A stretch of 62,010 bases of DNA, the filler included, from Basidioascus undulatus (lineage: Eukaryota): assembly GCA_000826855.1 (NCBI GenBank). It is 7 parts of 7 records of this genome, joined end to end, with 100 filler letters (N's around TTAATTAATTAA, not from the genome) between each part and the next. Parts side by side here need not be neighbours in the genome. Positions count along the whole stretch, not along the records: positions 56,221 to 62,010 come from JTLS01001867.1; 6 more parts are not named here. One strand, 5' to 3'. The position numbers and the translations under genes are program-made. Under the pieces are notes generated by a model. That model made no database searches. It was not told where the DNA came from and saw nothing but the letters and a program-made list of their open reading frames with translations. Within the stretch, counting starts at the first letter, position 1; each line of letters starts with the position of its first letter. Shown piece by piece: positions 61,999 to 62,010 of this stretch.

Positions 61999-62010
61999 GT
62001 CACGACTTTT

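Overview
Eukaryotic, GC-rich, intron-dense fungal DNA, most consistent with a basidiomycete (short GT-AG introns with CTGAY/CTAAC branch points and basidiomycete-type gene families). The window is not contiguous. It is seven contigs joined by six identical artificial 100-nt linkers (44 N + TTAATTAATTAA + 44 N), so adjacency across linkers has no biological meaning. Genes I could reconstruct by manual splicing: an RDS2/AcuM-type transcription factor (3' part), a ~10 kb PH-domain/low-complexity/coiled-coil gene, MSS51, a PHO13-like HAD phosphatase, DOA1/UFD3 (apparently lacking the end of its PUL domain), SmD3, an HMG-box factor, the RVS167 SH3 end, a conserved basidiomycete C-terminal domain, a divergent ubiquitin-like-domain gene, an ADK2 end, a SEC39 end, a DUF6534-type 7TM pseudogene, MRPL35, an ankyrin-RCC1-BTB (Btb1/IBTK-like) gene, eIF3c/NIP1, an RNase III-domain gene, a DUF7918-like gene, a decayed FEN2/Liz1-like transporter and tRNA-Glu(CTC). 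The most unusual signals are three. First, a sawtooth alternation of C-rich and G-rich blocks runs through exons and introns of housekeeping genes. Second, an RNase III with all four catalytic acids has a SIM-rich acidic tail where a dsRBD would be expected. Third, several genes are decayed or truncated. All family assignments come from recalled motifs, not from database searches.
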